Position numbers and translations under genes: made by a program | The notes under the pieces: generated by a model | Seen by the model: only the letters and a program-made list of their open reading frames with translations | The model's database searches: none | What the model was told of the DNA's origin: nothing | Assembly (NCBI RefSeq): GCF_006345805.1 | Contig: NC_043023.1 | Span: 2,108,001 to 2,172,000 of the forward strand | DNA: 64,000 nucleotides | Source: Octopus sinensis | Taxonomy: Eukaryota | Reading direction: 5' to 3' | Shown here: positions 50,036 to 63,577 of the stretch, piece by piece | Layout of the letters: every line of letters starts with the position of its first letter | How positions within the stretch are numbered: position 1 is the first letter of the stretch

Positions 50036-50924
50036 TGCTAAACACAGAGGAGACAAACAAGGACAGACAGACGGATTAATTCGATTATATTGACCCCAGC
50101 GTGTAACTGGTACTTATTTAATTGACCCCGAAAGGATGAAAGGCAAAGTCGACCTCGGCGGAATTTGAACTCAGAACATAACCGCAGACAAAATACGGCT
50201 ACACATTTTGCCCGGCGTGCTAACGTTTCTGCCAGCTCGCCGCCACGACCACCACCACTACGACCGCCTCTACCACCAACAGTCCACCTTCTCCACCACC
50301 ACTACTACCACCACCACCACCACCTCTACCACCACCGTCCCCTCCACCACCATCATCACCGTCACTGTTACTACTACCACCACCTCCACCACTACCATCA
50401 TCTTCATTATCATCAACGTTACCATTATTGTGAGTAGTAATAGTAGTAGTAGTAGTAGTAACAGCAACAGCGTTAGTAGTATATAAGATGGCGATGTCCC
50501 AGCATGACTGCAGCACATTGACCGCAGCCAATAAAAATAATATCATGGACCTCCTCTACACCCCCTCAATTACCATCATCATCATCATCATTATTATTAT
50601 TATTAATTATTATCATTATTATTATTCATTTTCTCAACATCCATTTTTCCATGCTTCTATGTCGTTAGTTATTTTTATCATTAATAAAATTAATATTATT
50701 ATTATCATTATTATTATTATTGTTGTTGTTGTTGTTGTTGCTAGTGGTGTTGTTCTTGTTATTGTCTTGGAAATGGGGTTTTTTTTGTGGTGAAGGAGAG
50801 TCGATACTCATTTTTCATAGCGAAGGTTTCAAAGGAAGAATAAAAATATTACAATTAAAATTATATTAATTACTTTAAAAGTTGATCAAACAAAAATTAA
50901 TGTAATGAAGAAGTTGAAGAACTG

Positions 50925-51300
50925 GCAGAAGAAGAAGAAGAAGAGGAAGAAGAATTAGAAGAAGAAGAAGAGGAATTGGAAGAAGAAGAAAAGGATAAGA
51001 CAAACTGGAAGGAGGAGAATAAGAAGAAGAATTGGAAGAAGAGGAATTGGAAGAAGAAGAAGAATTGGAAGAAGAAGGAGAAGAAGAAAAGGATAAGACA
51101 AACTGGAAGAAGAAGAAGAAGAAAAGACAGAAGAAGAAAAGGAGGAAGAAAAGAAAGAAGTAGAAGATGACAAATTGGTAAAAGAAGAAATGTAAGAAGG
51201 AAATTTGGAGAAAGAAGGAGAAGTAGAATAAGAATTTGCAGAGTTTAGGAAGAATTTGAAGAAGATTTGGAAGTAGAAGATAAAGAATATGGAAGAGAAT
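50925..51300. repeat. Degenerate (GAA)n tract
   Basis: Read directly. Confidence 0.92.
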
Positions 51301-51329
51301 TGGAAAATGATGATGTTGAAGCCATGGTA

Positions 51330-51625
51330 TTATATTTAAAGATTATGTTGTGTGATTTAGTGGAGTTCATTCTACATGTTTCCCATGGCCCCTCATGGAA
51401 TCCTTTTTTCCAAAGATCATTCGTAATTCTGGTGTAACAATTGTCACCTGATTGTTGTGTCAGTTCCACACAGAGTTTAACGAACACGTTGGCAGCTGTA
51501 ATAAATGTCGAAGATAGTTTGGTCCCCACAGAAACTACAAGAGCTACTCAGAACTATTGTAAACTCTTCTGAATCTGTTGTACTGAAGGAAACCCTTTTG
51601 TGTCTCAGGGTTGCAAGTATTTCAC
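51330..51625 (-). mobile_element. Probable degenerate L1/Tx1-type LINE C-terminal Cys domain
   Basis: The minus frame reads SSSCSFCGDQTIFDIYYSCQRVR*, which resembles the CxxC-x-ET-x-H-x-F-x-C pattern, then shifts frame into KLCVEL. The family call is from memory. Confidence 0.45.
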
Positions 51626-51631
51626 CTGTGA

Positions 51632-52258
51632 CCTGGCAGAAACATTAGCATGCCGGGCGAAATGCTTAGCGGTATTTCGTCTGCCACTACATTCTGAGTT
51701 CAAATTCTGCAAAGGTCGACTTTGCCTTTCATCCTTTCGGGGTTGATAAATTTAGTACCAGTTACGCACTGGGATCGATGTAATCGACTTAATCCCTTTG
51801 TATTTGTTTGTCCCCTGTATGCTTAGCCCCTTGTGGGTAATAAAGAAATATGAAACGTTAGCAAGCTGGGCGAAATGCTTAGCGGTATTTTGTCTACCGT
51901 TACGTTCTGAGTTCAAATCCGTCGAGGTTGACTTTGCCTTTCATCCTTTCAGGGGCGATTAAATAAGTACCAGTTACACACTGGGGTCGATATAATTGAC
52001 TTAATCTGCTTGTCTATCCTTGTTTGTCCTCTCTGTGTTTAGCCCCTTGTGGGCGATAAAGAAATAGAAATAGGTATTCCGTCTATCTTTACGTTCTGCA
52101 TTCAAATTCCGCTGAGGTCGACTTTGCCTTTCATCCTTTCAGGGTCGATTAAATAAGTACCCGTTATGCACTAGAGTCGATATAATTGACTTAATCCGTT
52201 TGTCTGTCCTTGTTTGTCCCCTCTGTGTGTAGCCCCTTGTGGGCAGTAGAGAAATAAG
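51632..52258 (+). mobile_element. SINE family B tandem trimer
   Basis: Units at ~51632-51850, 51850-52067 and 52068-52258. Confidence 0.87.
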
Positions 52259-52700
52259 TATTTCACCCCTTAGCATGTACACTTTGCCACAGTGGGGTAG
52301 TGAGGACTTGCATTAGTCCTCTCCTCTGTGAGGGTTCCACTTGCAGTCTCTCATCAGCCATAGCCACTTTGAGCTGGCTTTAGCTGCCATGTCTATCTCC
52401 TTGGTGGCGGCATTCCTTTGACATTCAGATTACTTTGTTAAATGCAACGCTCTTTTATTCACATTGCTTTGAATTCATCATTATCATCATCATCATTTCA
52501 TGTCCTCTTTCCGTGCTGGCATGGTTTGACAGAAGCCGGCCAGGTAGAAGACTTTGGTGTCTGTTTTGGCATGGTTTTTACAGCTGATTGCCCTTCCTAA
52601 CACCAACCACCCTGCAGAGTTACAAGGACGTAAACACATTAGCATTGGTTGTCAATCGATGTTGAGGAGACAAACACAGACACACAAACATATACAGACA

Positions 52701-52740
<40 letters not shown>

Positions 52741-53117
52741 CATACATACATATATACAACAGGCTTCTTTCAGTTTCTGTCTACCAAATCCACTCACAGG
52801 CTTTGGTCGGCCTGAGGCTATAGTAGAAGACACTTGGCCAAGGTGGCATGCAGTGGTACTGAACCTGGAACCATGTGGTTAGTAAGCAAGCTACTTACCG
52901 CACAGCCACTCATATATATTTATATAAATGGTTCAAAATGATACAAAAGACAGTGACAGGTGAGGGAACAACAAACTTGGTGTATCTGTTTGACGCTCAA
53001 GAAAAATGGAAGAAGTGTTTGATGTTTCAAGCCAAAGCACTTCTACAGAAAGGAATGAGAAGAGAAAAAAGATGGAGAGAGGCCAAAAAAGAAAGCTAAA
53101 ATAAGAACCATATCTGA

Positions 53118-53155
<38 letters not shown>

Positions 53156-53389
53156 GTGTGTATGTGTGAATATATATATGTATGTGTATATATGGTTATA
53201 TATATATATGTATTTAAATACAGTCGCAAACACATCCCTCTCGATAAACAATATTTTTTATTGTTGTTGTTATTCAGATCTTTATTATATTTTTTGTTAT
53301 TGTTGTTGTTATTCAGATCTTTATTATATTTTTTGTTATTGTTGTTATTATTTCATTTACTCTTCTTCCTCCTAGCATTGGTTGCTGTC

Positions 53390-53776
53390 CTCACCATCAT
53401 CATCATCATTACCACGGTCCCACCACCACCACCACCACCACAATCATCATCACCATCATAATCATTAACATTATCTTCATCAGCACCACAATATACCACC
53501 CTAATCATTATCACTACCAATGTCATCATCATCATCATCATCATTGGCACAGGCATCACCATCATCATCAGCATTAACACCTCCACCACCACAATCATCA
53601 TAACTGTCTTCATTGCTATCATGATTGTCATCATCATCATCACCATCATCATTATCAGCAGCACCACCATCATCATCATCATCATCCTCACCATTATCAT
53701 CATCCTCACCACCTTCATCTTCATCACCTTCATCTTCATCACTATCATCATGATCATCATCACTATCATCACCACC

Positions 53777-53810
<34 letters not shown>

Positions 53811-54130
53811 CCACCTTCATCATCACCACCATCATCATCACCACCATCATCCTCATCACCATCCTCATCACATCATCACCATCACCATCATCATCATTAC
53901 CATCACCATCATCATCATCACCACCATCACCTCCACCATCATCATCACCACCATCATCATCACCACCATCATCATCATCACCACCATCATCATCACCACC
54001 ATCATCCTCATCACCATCCTCATCATCACCATCACCATCATCATCATTACCATCACCATCGTCATCATCACCACCATCACCTCCACCATCATCATCATTA
54101 TCATCATCATCATCACTATCTTCAACATCA
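53390..54130. repeat. Degenerate (CAT)n/(CAC)n tract with internal duplication
   Basis: Read directly. Confidence 0.92.
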
Positions 54131-54409
54131 TCATCATTTTCATTGTTGCTTCAGTGTTGTTCTAGTTGTTATTGCTGTCTTTGTAGCCTTACTGCTTTTA
54201 GGGGAGGGTCCTTTTCTTCTCTTTTTTTTTGTTATTGCCTTGTTGTTGTTGTTGTTGTTATTGCCTTGTTGCTTCATCTCAGGTGATGTTGTTGTTGTTG
54301 CTGTCATTTCTTATTTTATTTATTTTTATTCGTTTTCTCGAATTTTCTTTTTCTCTATTTGTAAAGCTGTGTTGCCTTACAGATATATGGAAGGCAAAAA
54401 AGTACAGCA

Positions 54410-54412
54410 AGC

Positions 54413-54450
<38 letters not shown>

Positions 54451-56860
54451 ATTATATACATACACATGCATACACATACATACCCTTAAATGTATAAAAA
54501 TCATACACACACATATACATACATGCCCACACACTCTCATAATTATATCTGTACACATACATACACATTCATACATAGCCTTAAAAGTATAAAAAGTACA
54601 CACACACACACGCTCTCACAATTATATACATATACAAGTGTATATACATACTCTTAAAAGTATAAAGTGTATACATACATACACACACTCATACATATGT
54701 CCACACACTCTCACTATATATGCAGACACGCACATACATATATACCCTTAAAAGTATATATACACACATATACACACAGAAAACTATGGACATGTACACA
54801 TCGCATATACTCACTCCCTACATTATATATTCACAGACACACATATACATACATGCTCACACTGTCACAGAATTATGCTCATATTCACACATACACACAC
54901 TTAAAACTATAAACACACTCTTATACACACTCTTGGAACTATGCACATACACACATCATATATATATACACACACAAATGCACACATTATACACACACTC
55001 ATAAATTATACACACACATGCAAATCCACACGAACACACGTCCTCAGAGTAATATATATACATACACTTGCACACTCACACATACACACTCTTGAAACTA
55101 CACATGCACACATCACATATATATCCATTCTTTGCTTTATACGCATATACACATACATACACACACATTCTCAGAATTATATACATATACACACATGCAC
55201 ACTTGCTGCTAAAATTATATACATATATGTGCACATGTCACACTTGCAAAACTATAGACATACGCTTCACATGTATAACCACTTCCTATATTATACACAT
55301 TCACAAACCCATGCACACATATATACACATGCACACACACAATCATATACATGTATACATTCATATATACACATGCTCTTAAAATTATATACACACATAA
55401 ACATGCATCACATATATATCCACTCCTTATACTACATACATGTATACACGCACACACACACACTCTCTCAGAATTATATACATACACACACATGCACACT
55501 CGTGCATACACATACACTGAAAAGGATATGTACACATATATACATTCATATACACACTTGCAAAACTATACATACACATGCATCACACATGCACTCATAC
55601 ATACATATATCCACTTCTTATATTATATACACACTCAGACACACACATATACATGTACTCACTTTCAAAATTACATGTACACATGCACACACAAACACAC
55701 ACTACAAATTTATGTACACAACTATCACACACACACACATCCACTCTATATTATATGTATGCACAAGCACACATATGTACACACACTTTCAAAATTATAT
55801 ATGTATATACACACACATGCATATTCTCAAAACAATGCACACATATATATACATACATACATTCTAAAATCTATACACACACATGCATATTCTCAAAACA
55901 ATGCACACATATATATACATACATACATTCTAAAATCTATACACACACATGCATATTCTCAAAACAATGCACACATATATATACATACATACATTCTAAA
56001 ATCTATACACACACATGCATCGCATACACACACACAAACACACACATATCACACTTTAAAAATTATATATACACACATTCACACTTTAAAAATTATAAGT
56101 ATACACATGTGTACACAAACATCTCAAAACAACACACACACACTCTCAAATCTATGCACTCACACACACACTCACACACACTCACAAATATAACATTATA
56201 CACACACACACATGAATTAGAACCCACATATATATCTCATACACAGAACACTATTTCAAACATATGTACAGACACATGAAATTATACACACGCACAAAAC
56301 TATATAGGCAACGCATACACTTAAACCCAACATTTCCGTTACATGGACACACACATACACAAATGCCCCAAAATATAACATTGTGTACACACACACACAC
56401 ACAAACACACACATATCACACTTTAAAAATTATATATACACACATTCACACTTTAAAAATTATAAGTATACACATGTGTACACAAACATCTCAAAACAAC
56501 ACACACACACTCTCAAATCTATGCACTCACACACACACTCACACACACACTCACAAATATAACATTATACACATACACACATATGAATTGAAACCCACAT
56601 ACATATCTCATACACAGAACACTATTTCAAACATATGTACAGACACATGAAATTATACACACGCACAAAACTATATAGGCAACAACGCATACACTTAAAC
56701 CCAACATTTCCGTTACATGAACACACACATACACAAATGCCCCAAAATACAACATTGTGTGCACACACACACACACAAACACAAATATATATATCAAACA
56801 GTGAAACAAAACACTTCATATACACATACACTCACACAGACTTCACACATACAAGGAGAT
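54410..56860. repeat. CA/TA-rich field with a 66-bp x3 array (55816-56013) and a ~367-bp x2 duplication (~56030-56760)
   Basis: 66-bp unit starts at 55816, 55882 and 55948. ATATCACACTTTAAAAATT occurs at 56046 and 56413. Confidence 0.9.
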
Positions 56861-58249
56861 TATCTGGAAATTCCCGACAATGAAAAATATAAGCTAGTTA
56901 TTTGGCAAATAAATACACACACAAGAACACTCTACATACAAATAGATAAAACCGAACAAAAATTGATGAAAGTGCAGAGTCTGAAATCTTTTTATTTCCT
57001 ACAGTGAACTGATGATATTAACAACATTGAAACCTTGCAGCTACGTTGTCTTTTGATGTCAAGGTGACCCAACAGAGAGCTGGGCTTTAGGGTAAACTGA
57101 TATGATGACTGATGTGTGTGGATTGTGTGGATGGGTCAGTGGCGAGTAACAAGATAAGTTCTGCTTCTCATGGAGGTGGATGATGGTTGTGGTAGTGATG
57201 ATAGCGGTGGTGGTGATTATGTTGTTGTTGGTGGTGGTGGTGGCGGTGGTGATGACTGGAGAAATTGGCTGGATGAGGTTCTGCATGATGGGCCCTTTCA
57301 TCTTCCAATTCAGCAAAAACAAATTAAACATACTTCTATCTATCTGCCTGTCTGCCTATCTATCATCTATCTATCTATATCAATCACTTCCTCATTCTCT
57401 CTCACTATGTGTCACTCTGTCTATCTGTTTATCTATCATCTAAGTATCTGGCTAGCTAGCTAAAAGATATGCACATACATATAGATATGTGCAATGGGCT
57501 TCTTTCAGTTTCTGTTTACCAAATTCACTCACAAGGCTTTAGTCAGCCTGAAGCTATTGTAGAAAATACTTGCCCATGGTGTCACACAATGGGACTGAAC
57601 CTGGAACCACATGGTAGGAAAACAAGCTTCTTACCACACAACCATGCGTGCATCCCTCTCTCTCTCTCTTTCCATATATATATATGTTGTGGTGGACACC
57701 CCCTAAGTGAGAAGTGGGCTGCTCCACTACTGATAAATAGTGGACAGGTACAGCAAGCAGTGTCAGTCAGCGAAGTATGCTGTACAAACCAGTCATGCAG
57801 ACAATGAAATTATGTCGTCATAATGCGGGACGTATCAGTGGTGATAAGGATACCTCTCACTGTATAACGGTGTTGTTATATCAGTGGTAACAAGGTTACA
57901 AACGCTTCCATGAATGTCTAAATGGAAGAACTACATGCAATAAAAGATATTAAAAACCCCAAAGTAGGATTTGAACTATACTGTGAAAAATTTAAAGAAA
58001 GAACTGAACTACACACAGTGAAAAATAATATAAATCTGTTTGTAGGATTTCTTCCAGGTCGTTATGTGTTATTAGTGTTACTGGTAAACAATGTAGACTG
58101 GTACTACCTGCAGCATTCTGAAGAGAAAAATAATGCTGTGTGAAGAAATATATATTTGAAAAAATATTTCTATTGAAAAAAAGATTTTATAATACATAGT
58201 TGAAAAAAATGACAATTCTGATGATACATGCCTGGTATATATACATTTT

Positions 58250-58426
58250 CAAAATGTGTGTATCGTTGGCAATTTTCTTCCTCCAACTTTTCTCTATTTC
58301 TGAAGGAGAGCTTTGCACAAAACATTAAATGCTCTTTCCTTCCTTTCCTGAGTGTCTGGTAATACAGTACTTGTACCACGTCCTCACGTTATTGTTTTTT
58401 CTTGTTTGTGCTTTGTTTCGATTCAC

Positions 58427-58482
<56 letters not shown>

Positions 58483-58620
58483 AGATATATTAGGAAAACG
58501 CTTAGGAAATTGAAAAAAATTTTTCACGTTTTGAGCCTACGCTCTTCTACAGAAAGGGATACAGAAAAAAACAAAGAGAGAAAAAATGCATGTAGTAGCA
58601 ACCGATTTATCATGGCAACT
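58250..58620. mobile_element. Tail-to-tail pair of short hammerhead-motif elements (~58250-58430 on +, ~58480-58620 on -) around (TA)n
   Basis: Plus: ATTT-CTGAAGG-AGAGC-TTT-GCAC-AAAAC-ATT-AAAT. Minus: CTTT-CTGTAGA-AGAGC-GTAG-GCTC-AAAAC-GTG. The plus copy shares upstream sequence with 35090. Confidence 0.55.
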
Positions 58621-59337
58621 ATATACATATATATATATTGTAGTTTATTAGACATAGACCTATAATTAATATAGATTATTAATTAAAATGTTATTTGTAA
58701 GATCTGGATTTATAGAATATAATAAGTTATGTTTGATTTGTATTTATAAATTAGTATACATAGTTGTTTGTTAAGTTAATATTCCTTAGCTAAACAAAAT
58801 CCCTTATAATAATATGTGCTTTACCTTTGTGTATATACTAAGCATATAAATATCTGCTCATCATATGGATGGCATTTCTACACATGACATACATGACCCC
58901 TCTCATATAATTCTGTCAAACACTATAATGTGTTTATATCAAACTTGCTCATCACTTTTCACTCCTGTGGTACTTTCTCGTTTCATTTTCACACCTTGTT
59001 CATCCAAAGTCCAATACATAAATATCTTGCAAGAATCATTTCTTGCAGAAGCACAATAAAATGCTTTCGCTCTTTATGGATCTCTTTGTTTCGTTTTACA
59101 TGCAACTTCACACTTTTCTTTCAAGCATTTCAAATAATTCTCTCTGATAACCAACTTAATGATTCTTTGCGAGACATAATTTGAATGCGTTACACACATC
59201 ATAAATTGCTTTCGATATCCATAGTTAACATTTCAATGCTGTACATAATTACAACACATTCTTGAATGATTTATGCTACTCTCCATTCGATATCCATGTT
59301 TAAGTATCATTGCATGTCTTAAACACACATCTTATAT

Positions 59338-59437
59338 ACCGTAAATCCTCGAGTATAGTCCACCCTTGGGTATAATACGCAGGGAATTTTTAGAGGGCTG
59401 TACCTTTGAAAAACCTAAACCTTGTGTATAATACGAA
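59338..59437 (+). mobile_element. Possible Tc1/pogo-type MITE end
   Basis: TACCGTAAATCCTCGAGTATA resembles pogo/Tigger termini. The partner TIR was not found. Confidence 0.35.
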
Positions 59438-59795
59438 CCACATGAGTCTGGGTTCAGCCCCACTGCATGGCACCTTGGGCAAGTGTCTTCGACTATAGCC
59501 CCAGGCCAACCAAAAGCTTGTGAGTGGATTTGGGAGATGGAAACTGAAAGAAGCCTGTCGTATATATGTTTATATATATATATGTATGTATGTGTGTGTA
59601 TATGTTTGTATGTCTGTGTTTGTCCTCCCCAGCATCACTTGACAACCGATGCTGGTGTGTTTACATCCCCGTAACTTAGTGGTTCGGCAAAAGAGACTGA
59701 TAGAATAAGTACTAGGCTTACAAAGAATAAGTCTTGGGATCGATTTGCTTGACTAAATGCGGTACTCCAGCATGGCCACAGTCAAATGACTGAAA
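59435..59795 (+). mobile_element. SINE family A (5'-truncated)
   Basis: Family A blocks. Confidence 0.9.
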
Positions 59796-59805
59796 CAAGT
59801 AAAAG

Positions 59806-60350
59806 AGTAAAAGGGTGATAGTTGGCGCCACATACTGCTTTTGTGAGGCAGTTTGGTGCCTGACCTCTGCCTTCTGAGTATTGATTGTGAGGTCAAACTT
59901 GTTGCAGACAGCAGGAAAATAGTTCATGGTCTGTTGCATCTGGGCCTCTGTGGTAGTGTTGAGTGCACATTTGTCTGCAAACAGGATGTTGTGCGCTGAG
60001 CCCTTTTCCACCTTGGTCTTGGCCTGTAGCTTCCACAGGTTGAAGAATCTGCAATTAGTCCTAAGTCTGATCTTCATGCTAAACTGCTTCCACTTGGAGA
60101 AAGCTGCTGAAAATCTGAGAAAGCTGTTGAAAATCACCTGCAAAACTAGGTCCCAGACATGGAAATCCTCTCTTAAGCTGGTCTGCCAAGCATTTACACT
60201 CTGCTGAGGAGAGCACAGGTTACCTTGTTTGAATGCCTGACACATGACTACCCAAAAGATTGTTTTACAGTGAATTGGCAGAAGACAAGCGCACACAAGG
60301 TGGGCAGAAAAAGGATTTCAAAGATACATACAAGGCTTTACTGAAGTTGA
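59806..60350 (-). mobile_element. RTE (BovB-like) reverse transcriptase fragment
   Basis: IRLRTNCRFFNLWKLQAKTKV...NILFADKCALN...MQQTMNYF...FDLTINTQKAEV contains the FADD motif decayed to FADK. Confidence 0.88.
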
Positions 60351-60398
60351 AATATTATTTCTGAGTCTCTCTAAAGGAGTCTATTAATAGTTTTTGCC

Positions 60399-60719
60399 AA
60401 GCTAATATGGCAGTCCATAAATATAGGACAAAAGCTGCCATTGATTAGCTCCAAGAGGCCATCGCCTCTAGCTAGCTATATGACACACAAATCTGTGTCC
60501 ATTATAACCTGGGTTTGGCTACTCTGCATTGATAAAGGGCAAATATCCTGAAACATGTCTGCAGATGCCTGACCAGCAAGGGGAAGCAGCTGACCTCCCC
60601 TGTTCGAAAATTATAATGGACACAGGTTCGTGTGTCACATAGCTAGCTAGAGGTGATGGCCTCTTGGAGCTAATCAATGGCAGCATTCATCCTATATTTC
60701 TGGACTGCCATATTAGCTT
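60399..60719. repeat. Foldback element, 109-bp arms (60399-60507 and 60611-60719), 103-bp spacer
   Basis: Arms align by eye at roughly 90% identity. Confidence 0.93.
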
Positions 60720-60767
60720 TACTGAAGTTCTTTCAAATCAACCCCAACACTTTGGAAACACATGATA

Positions 60768-61020
60768 GTGGAGGCGCATGTCTTAGTGGTTAGGGTGTCA
60801 GCATTATGATCGTAAGATTGTGGTTTCAATTCCTGGACCGGGTGACTCGTTGTGTTCTTGAGCAAAACACTTCATTTCATGTTGCTCCAGTCCACTCAGC
60901 TGGCAAAAATGAGTAACGCTGCGATGGACTGGCGTCCTGTCCAGCTGGGGAACACATACACCATAGAAACTGGGAAACCGGGCCCATGAGCCTGGCTAGG
61001 CTTTAAAAAGGGTGCATTTA
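60768..61020 (+). mobile_element. SINE family C head with a different 3' half
   Basis: The head matches 29457; the 3' part GCGATGGACTGGCGTCCTGTCCAG...GAAACCGGG is absent from the other two copies. Confidence 0.8.
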
Positions 61021-61077
61021 TTTTATGATCATATAGGAAATAACAGTTGCAACCCAAGGACAAAAATCATCTTACAC

Positions 61078-61485
61078 AGTAGGCATAGGAGTGGCTGTGA
61101 TAAGTAGCTTGCTTACCAACCACATGGTTCCGGGTTCAGTCCCACTGCAGGGCACCTTGGGCAAAGTGTCTTCTACTATAGCCTCGGGCCGACCAAAGCC
61201 TTGTGAGTGGATTTGGTAGACGGAAACTGAAAGAAACCTGTCGTATATGTGAATGTATATATATTTATATATATGGGCGTGTGTGTCTGTGTTTGTCCCC
61301 CTAGCTTTGCTTGACAACCAATGCTGATGTATTTATGTCCCCGTTACTTAGTGGTTCGGCAAAAGAGACCGATAGAATAAGTACAAAAGAATAAGTCCTG
61401 GGGTCGAGTTGCTCGATTAAAGGTGGTTCTCCAGCATGGCCACGGTCAGATGACTGAAACAAGTAAAAGAGAGAAAAGAGTAAAG
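61078..61485 (+). mobile_element. SINE family A, full length
   Basis: Family A blocks. Confidence 0.92.
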
Positions 61486-61757
61486 AGTGTGATAAAATAT
61501 AATCTTCGTTGCCGGCAACACCTTTGCAATTATGTCTGCAAGGTGCAGTGGAACAATCCCTTTGGTCTGGGATATACAACTTGTTACTCACCCTCAATTT
61601 TTTACTACTTGACCCCCCCCTCCACTTTTTGTCTTTTGCTTTCCTTCCTTAGTGAGGTGGTTCTGGGATTTTTCCTCGTAATGTTTTTTCACCCTTTAAA
61701 TATATGTTGGTAAATAAAAACTGTTATCTTGTGTCTTGGGAAGGTCATTATATCAAT

Positions 61758-62150
61758 AACAAGCAGTATTGCCCGGCGTTGCTCGGGTTTGTTTCGACCC
61801 TTTAGAATTGGAATTTTTGATAAGTAAAAATTTTGCATTATGTAGCTTGTTATTCTCTTTAAGTGAACATTTTTCTGGTTGAAATACACCAAAAAATGGC
61901 GACACAGCAGTAAAAAAATCGTAAAAAATAGCAATTTTCATAGAAAAAAGGCACCTTTTTGGTGTAAATAATTTTTGGTGTTAACATGGTCAGATTTGAA
62001 TTTTTTCTTCTACAGAATGAAGAGCAAGTCTTCTTCTATCATACTCTCAATTTTGGTCGACTTGTGCCACAGGGTCTCGGAGGAGATAGTGTTAGTTGAA
62101 GGCTACCAAACCTGCCATACATAGACAACTTCAGCTTTATATATATGGAT
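61758..62150 (+). mobile_element. Probable non-autonomous Helitron/Helentron-type element
   Basis: The 5' GCCCGGCGTTGCTCGGG hairpin and 3' CAGCTTTATATATATGGAT resemble such termini from memory. Confidence 0.5.
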
Positions 62151-62446
62151 ATAACAAAACAAGCACTGATTTAATATCACTTCTTTATAATTCACATCAG
62201 TAATCTTGCAAACCAAATCCGAAAATGAAGAAAAAACGTTTTTATTTCAGAAAAAAAATTCTAAAAAGTTCTAAGAGAAAAAGAAACAAAATTCAAAGAA
62301 ACATCTTTTTTCTTTTCCCCCCTTCATTCAACCACCCCCTCCAACACAAACCACGAAAAATAAAAAGCTATCAAAGACAAAAAAAATGAAACTAAAGAAT
62401 TAAGGAAAAAAATTAAAATATAATTAAATAAATGTGGTTATTTAAT

Positions 62447-62710
62447 CTAAAAGTAAAACGTTTCTCTGTCAAATTCTTTATATCTCCTAATCAATCTGTC
62501 ACAGTTTCTGCTCTTAGTTAAGCAACGTCTTCTTATAAAGACATTTTCTGTGACTTGTATGTCTCCGTCACATGTCTCTGCCATTATCTTCTTTGAATGT
62601 CTTTGATATCGGGAGACCCGGAAAAAAGTTATCTTCCATGTTAAAGCATCGTTTCTTTGGTGAGGGTCAGCAAATGTTCTGTGAACAATGACCATGAAAT
62701 TGAGGGTCAA
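62447..62710 (-). CDS. Candidate exon of an unidentified gene (possibly terminal or UTR)
   Basis: Non-repetitive sequence. The acceptor-like CTTTTCTGTTAATCTAATAG ends just before 62710, an 87-codon frame follows, and AATAAA lies at 62246-62241. No homology recognised. Confidence 0.2.
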   Translation of the reverse strand: MTLNFMVIVHRTFADPHQRNDALTWKITFFRVSRYQRHSKKIMAETCDGDIQVTENVFIRRRCLTKSRNCDRLIRRYKEFDRETFYF

Positions 62711-62937
62711 CTATTAGATTAACAGAAAAGAAAGCCACTAATCCTTTGTCAATCTATGGTAATTGCCTATAATCTTTGTTAATCTAAATTAAAACTCGTC
62801 CACCATTTTGATTTCACTCTTAGACTTTTCATTTTTGGTGTAGTTGTTGCTGCTGCTGTTGTTGTTGGTATTGGTGGTGTTACTGCTGTTCTCTTATGCC
62901 AAACTGTTAAGTTATGGAAACATAAACAAAACAACAC

Positions 62938-62979
<42 letters not shown>

Positions 62980-63149
62980 GAAGGATTAAAATTAATCAAA
63001 CGATATACTAGGTATGTCTACATGCTGGAAATAGCAGTCTAATCTCTTATTTAAATTACCAAATGATATCTTCGCAAATCATTTTTACATGAATTATTTG
63101 CTCCATATATATACACACACACGCACGCACACACACACACACATATACA

Positions 63150-63540
63150 TAGGCATAGGAGTGTCTGTGTGGTAAGTAGCTTGCTTACCAACCACATGGT
63201 TACGAGTTCAGTCCCACTGCGTGGACCTTGGGCAAGTGTCTTCTGCTATAGCTTCGGGCTGACAAGACTTGTGAGTGGATTTGGTAGACGGAAACTGAAA
63301 GAAGCCCGTTGTATGCATGTATGTATGTGTGTGTGTATATGTTTTGTGACTTGTTTGTCCTCCCAATATTGCTTGACAACTGATGCTGGCGTGTTTACAT
63401 CCCTGTAACTTAGTTGTTCGGCAAAAGAGACTGATAGAATAAGTACTAGGCTTAGAAATAATAAGTCCTGGGTTCGACTTGCTTGGCTAAATGCGGTGCT
63501 CCAGCATGGCGACAGTCACATGACTGAAACAAGTAAAAGA

Positions 63541-63545
<5 letters not shown>
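63150..63545 (+). mobile_element. SINE family A, full length
   Basis: Family A blocks. Further partial copies run to the window end. Confidence 0.92.

Positions 63546-63577
<32 letters not shown>

Noticed and set aside
51245-51529. 94-aa ORF MGTKLSSTFITAANV... as a host exon
   Set aside because: It has an in-frame stop 8 codons upstream, its end is (GAA)n-derived, and an overlapping frame looks like a LINE Cys domain.
837-56831. Dozens of long ORFs (poly-I/M/Y/L/H, HTYI, YVCM, LSIY and similar), up to 508 aa
   Set aside because: They are translations of tri-, tetra- and dinucleotide repeats that lack stops in most frames and are open on both strands.
56988-57063. Good acceptor TTTTTATTTCCTACAG at ~57004
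   Set aside because: All three frames stop within 60 nt and the donor is weak; at most a non-coding exon, and unsupported.
57922-58143. 73-aa ORF MEELHAIKDIK...
   Set aside because: No recognisable homology or convincing splice context; the length is within chance expectation.
60560-60612. Hammerhead-like CTGACCA...stem...CGAAA in the foldback spacer
   Set aside because: The core lacks G8, and no NUH site or helix I could be built.
4898-63408. Recurring ORF strings such as QASFSFRLPNPLTRLWLAQGYSRRHLPKVPCSGTEPGTMWLVSKLLTTQP and FQSFDCGHAGAPPL
   Set aside because: They are translations of SINE A on either strand, not a protein family.
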